This document shows, piece after piece, positions 60,789-64,000 of a DNA stretch of 64,000 bases. The DNA comes from Patescibacteria group bacterium. GTDB taxonomy: Bacteria > Patescibacteriota > Patescibacteriia > Patescibacteriales > UBA12075. The stretch is from assembly GCA_018897195.1 (NCBI GenBank), contig JAHILH010000004.1:83678-147677 (forward strand), given 5' to 3'. The position numbers and the translations under genes are program-made. A model generated the notes under the pieces. That model saw only the letters and a program-made list of their open reading frames with translations, was not told the DNA's origin and searched no databases. Position 1 is the first letter of the stretch, and each line of letters opens with the position of its first letter.

Positions 60789-62055
60789 TTAGCTCTCATT
60801 AACGAGATTAAACTTCGTGGCGATTACCTGGGCTGCCACATTCAAATCCTTAAGACCAACCATCACTTCAATGGTAATACCCGGAGAAGCCTGGGATACG
60901 ATATTAATTCCCGCTCTACCCAAAGCGTCACAGACATCACGCAGGTAGCCAGGGCGGTCATCCATTAACGGATCAACCAGAGTTAAAACTGCCAAGGTTT
61001 CCAAGGCGGAAATCTTAATGCTTGGCATCATGTCAATTTTTAACGTTGCCAAAGAGGTTTGAACTTCTTGGCTCACGTTATCAGAAAACAATATAGAGAT
61101 AGAGGCTTCCCGTTCTTTAGCCGGAGCCTGAATACTGCCGCGTAAATTAATATTGTGCAAGGCATTATAAATATTCGCTGCTGCTCCGGGTTGATTGGGC
61201 ACGTGAGAAATTCGAATCATGTTCAATTTTTGAATAGCCAATCCGGCCTGACTCTCCTCAGTGTCAATCTGCGACAAGGTGCTCCCGGAACACACTACGG
61301 TTCCGCCGGTACTTTTACCAAAACTCGGACTAAGCATCACTCGAATTATCACACAAGTTTTGAGCCAGAAGCACCGCCCGATCCATCAACTTGCCACCGC
61401 CAACCGAGGCTAGCTGTGTCAGCTGATGATAAGAAATATGCTCGAATCTTTTAGCGTTGGGCACTACGCGCGGGTCGGTAGCATAAATCCCGTCGACGTC
61501 GGTGTAGTTTTCACAACAACATCCGCCCAAAACAGCCGCCAAACAAACAGCAGTCACATCCGAACCGCCACGACCCAAAGTCGTGACCACTCGCACAGAA
61601 CCAGAAACCTTAATACCCTGGAAGCCGGTGACAATAACCACCTTGCCTTTATCCAGCTCGCCTTTGATCAAATTATTTCCCTTAATCATCTTTACTCGCC
61701 CAGTAACGCTTGCCTCTAATTGAATTTCGCGACTAGTCAAGGAAATCGCTGGCACATCAAGACTGGCCAACGCCAATGCCAAAAGTGGCGCGGACTGTTC
61801 TTCGCCAGTAACCAAAAGCTTATCCAACTCATCCCGCAAACTAGCGGGAATAACGCCCTGATAATTTTCCTCTGCTAGTTTAATCAAGTCATCGGTGGTG
61901 TCACCCATCGCCGATAAAACAACGACTACGCGCCAACCCTTTTCTCTGTTTGACTTGATATGTTCCGCAACCTTGCGCATCCTTTCCGGATTAGCAATCG
62001 AACTGCCCCCAAACTTCATTACCAGGTTTTTACCCTTACCATTTGTGTTTCCCAT
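60789..62055 (-). pseudogene. lysC: Aspartate kinase split by a frameshift near 61350-61356
   Basis: KFGGSS, VLSAMGDTTD, TLGRGGSD, TDVDG in one frame; the end of the kinase domain and two ACT domains continue in another frame. Confidence 0.8.
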
Positions 62056-62182
62056 TTCCTTCTCCTTGTATAATTAATTGTGAAATGAACGAATTTATTG
62101 AATAACCTTAGAATATATTTATCGCTTTGTCAATCAAAAAAAATAGAGAGCATTTTACCAATGCTCTCTTATTGTAATCATT

Positions 62183-63304
62183 TTAACTGTTCAATGCCAA
62201 TAAATCATCATGGACGAATTTTCCATCTTCCATTATCGGCACACCGTCAAATTTTATAAGTCCGCCTCCAAATTCAGGAGTCAAGATTTTTACCAAATCC
62301 CAGTGAATTGCCGACTTGTTGCCATTGTCAGCTTCATCATAAGCTCTACCAGGTGTCAGATGAAATGATCCAAAAATTTTTTCATCAAACAATGTATTTT
62401 TTGCCGCCTGCTGAATACCAATATTAGTGCCAATAGCAAACTCGCCGATAAATCGCGCACCCTTGTCGGTATCCAAAACTTTTTCAAGTTCTGTTTCACC
62501 TTGATCACAGCTACAACCAATGATTTTACCCTTGCTAAATTCAAAACAAATATTACTCCATTCTCGATCTTTATATAAGGATGGCACGTTATAATTAATC
62601 ACGCCAGTAACACTGTTACGAATCGGAGCAGTAAAAACTTCGCCGTCGGGAATATTTCTTTCTCCATGACAGCTGACTACGCCTATGTTTTTGATTGAAA
62701 ATTTCAACTCTGTGCCCGGAGCTTGAATATGTACAGAATCAGTTCTTTCCATTAATTTCTTTAGAGCTAAATTTTTCTTTTTCAAAGCTCTGTAGTCTTG
62801 CAGAACGGCAGCAAAATAATAATCGATGTATGCAGGCGTGCTCATTCCAGCCAGGATAGCATCGTGGTCTGTCGGCACCCTCGTCACACACCATCGCGTG
62901 TTTTTTACTCGTTCATCCAAAACTCGTCTGGTTGCACGACTTCGTCGCATAACACGTTCTGTTTTTATCTCCTTCAGATTTAATCCATTCATACATGCAC
63001 GCGCCGCAATAAATACATCCACCTCCTTCATTTGAACCATATTCCATTTCGGAACAAAATCCAATTGCGTATCAGTAGCTCTCTCAAAAAAACTTCGTTC
63101 AAGATCGGGCAAGATAATCTGATAATCAACCGAAGCAGCCCCAGCCTCAAGAGCTTTTCTTTGTAAGGCGAAAAGCAGTGGCAGGGCATCCAGATCGACA
63201 ATCTGCAATAAAACCTTATCACCAGACTTGATCGAAGTTGAAGAACAAAAAACCTTAGCCAGTTTGTCCCACCGCGGATCATTCATCGTTGTCAAAGTGT
63301 ACAT
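62183..63304 (-). CDS. Aminopeptidase, M29 (AmpS/PepS-like)
   Basis: NIPDGEVFTAP, GEFAIG, FDEKIFGSFH, NKSAIHWD. Confidence 0.93.
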   Translation of the reverse strand: MYTLTTMNDPRWDKLAKVFCSSTSIKSGDKVLLQIVDLDALPLLFALQRKALEAGAASVDYQIILPDLERSFFERATDTQLDFVPKWNMVQMKEVDVFIAARACMNGLNLKEIKTERVMRRSRATRRVLDERVKNTRWCVTRVPTDHDAILAGMSTPAYIDYYFAAVLQDYRALKKKNLALKKLMERTDSVHIQAPGTELKFSIKNIGVVSCHGERNIPDGEVFTAPIRNSVTGVINYNVPSLYKDREWSNICFEFSKGKIIGCSCDQGETELEKVLDTDKGARFIGEFAIGTNIGIQQAAKNTLFDEKIFGSFHLTPGRAYDEADNGNKSAIHWDLVKILTPEFGGGLIKFDGVPIMEDGKFVHDDLLALNS

Positions 63305-63495
63305 TATTCGTCTCCTTGGTTTGAGTTAAATTATTATTTAATTTAAAGAGCATTTCGACACATTAACATTAATTTATTCATTTTGTCAATGTAATGCTCC
63401 AAAACCACGCAATTATTATGACTGGCAATATACCAATAAAAGTTATTTAAAAACAAATCCCTCAGCCAAGATTACGGTTGAGGGATTTTTCATAT

Positions 63496-63660
63496 TTAAT
63501 CTTTAGCTTTTTCTTTTTGCTCCTTAAGCGCAATCGTCGTCTGCGCCCACTTACAAGTCTTGCTCTCTGAATAAAGCAATTGATTCACGACTGCATCAAC
63601 CGGATTCACTTCGCGCTTGCTCGGATCCAGAGCATCACTTAAACTTTTTTCATCAGACAT
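63496..63660 (-). CDS. Unannotated 54-aa hypothetical protein
   Basis: MSDEKSLSDALDPSKREVNPVDAVVNQLLYSESKTCKWAQTTIALKEQKEKAKD; GC-richer than its flanks and followed by a terminator-like hairpin. Confidence 0.55.
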   Translation of the reverse strand: MSDEKSLSDALDPSKREVNPVDAVVNQLLYSESKTCKWAQTTIALKEQKEKAKD

Positions 63661-63814
63661 AATATTTTAAATTTATATTAATTATTTTTGGATTATACGA
63701 TTTATTTAGGAAAAAAACAAGCACTTATCTATCTATAAATCATTACTTTTGACAAAATAATAATTTTAAATTAATCCTACATTAACAAACAATAAATAAA
63801 GGGAGGAAAAAATA

Positions 63815-64000
63815 ATGGAAATAATTTCATTAACAGCTGTTCTTTTACACATTTTAGCCTCTTATATTCAATTAAGAAAAAGACGCGCAAGCAAAAAAGG
63901 AGAGAACACTATTATAATTGAAGGTAGTTTAAATTTAGCAATGCTGTTTAAAGACTATATTATTAAATCATTGGCGGTTATTACTCTAATCATCTATTTA
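63815..64000 (+). CDS. Hypothetical membrane protein (runs off window)
   Basis: SD GGGAGG; open frame MEIISLTAVLLHILASY...; TTGACA promoter upstream. Confidence 0.6.
   Translation, partial: MEIISLTAVLLHILASYIQLRKRRASKKGENTIIIEGSLNLAMLFKDYIIKSLAVITLIIYL

Overview
Low-GC bacterial chromosome segment. The compact gene set, the mostly SD-less core genes and the style of the proteins suggest a CPR/Patescibacteria (Parcubacteria-like) genome; this is an inference, not a database result. Most of the window is housekeeping: csoR-copA copper operon, ABC-F, queA, ruvB, tsaD, ppsA, polA, yvcK, pheST, der, pth, dprA, trxAB, gdhA, murDI, rnj, secG, infC-rpmI-rplT and two tRNA-Leu. Small SD-led accessory genes and REP-like repeats are interspersed. 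The standout is a ~2.6 kb island (17.65-20.22 kb) between polA and a TrmB-family regulator with no ORF of 60 aa or more. It resolves into three separately promoted and terminated, highly structured putative ncRNAs (~720, ~380 and ~840 nt). Two of them share a covarying RNA domain. The third carries three SD-led Met-X-Gly-stop minigenes. A GTCAA-N6-TTGAC palindrome overlaps the -35 of two RNA promoters and of the trmB gene itself. Other notable items: an unannotated ArfA-like ORF whose terminator lies before its stop codon, a candidate sRNA with an anti-SD loop, boxA-like motifs in accessory-gene leaders, an amber-interrupted HD nucleotidase and a frameshifted aspartokinase. All RNA structures were paired by eye; no folding or database searches were run.
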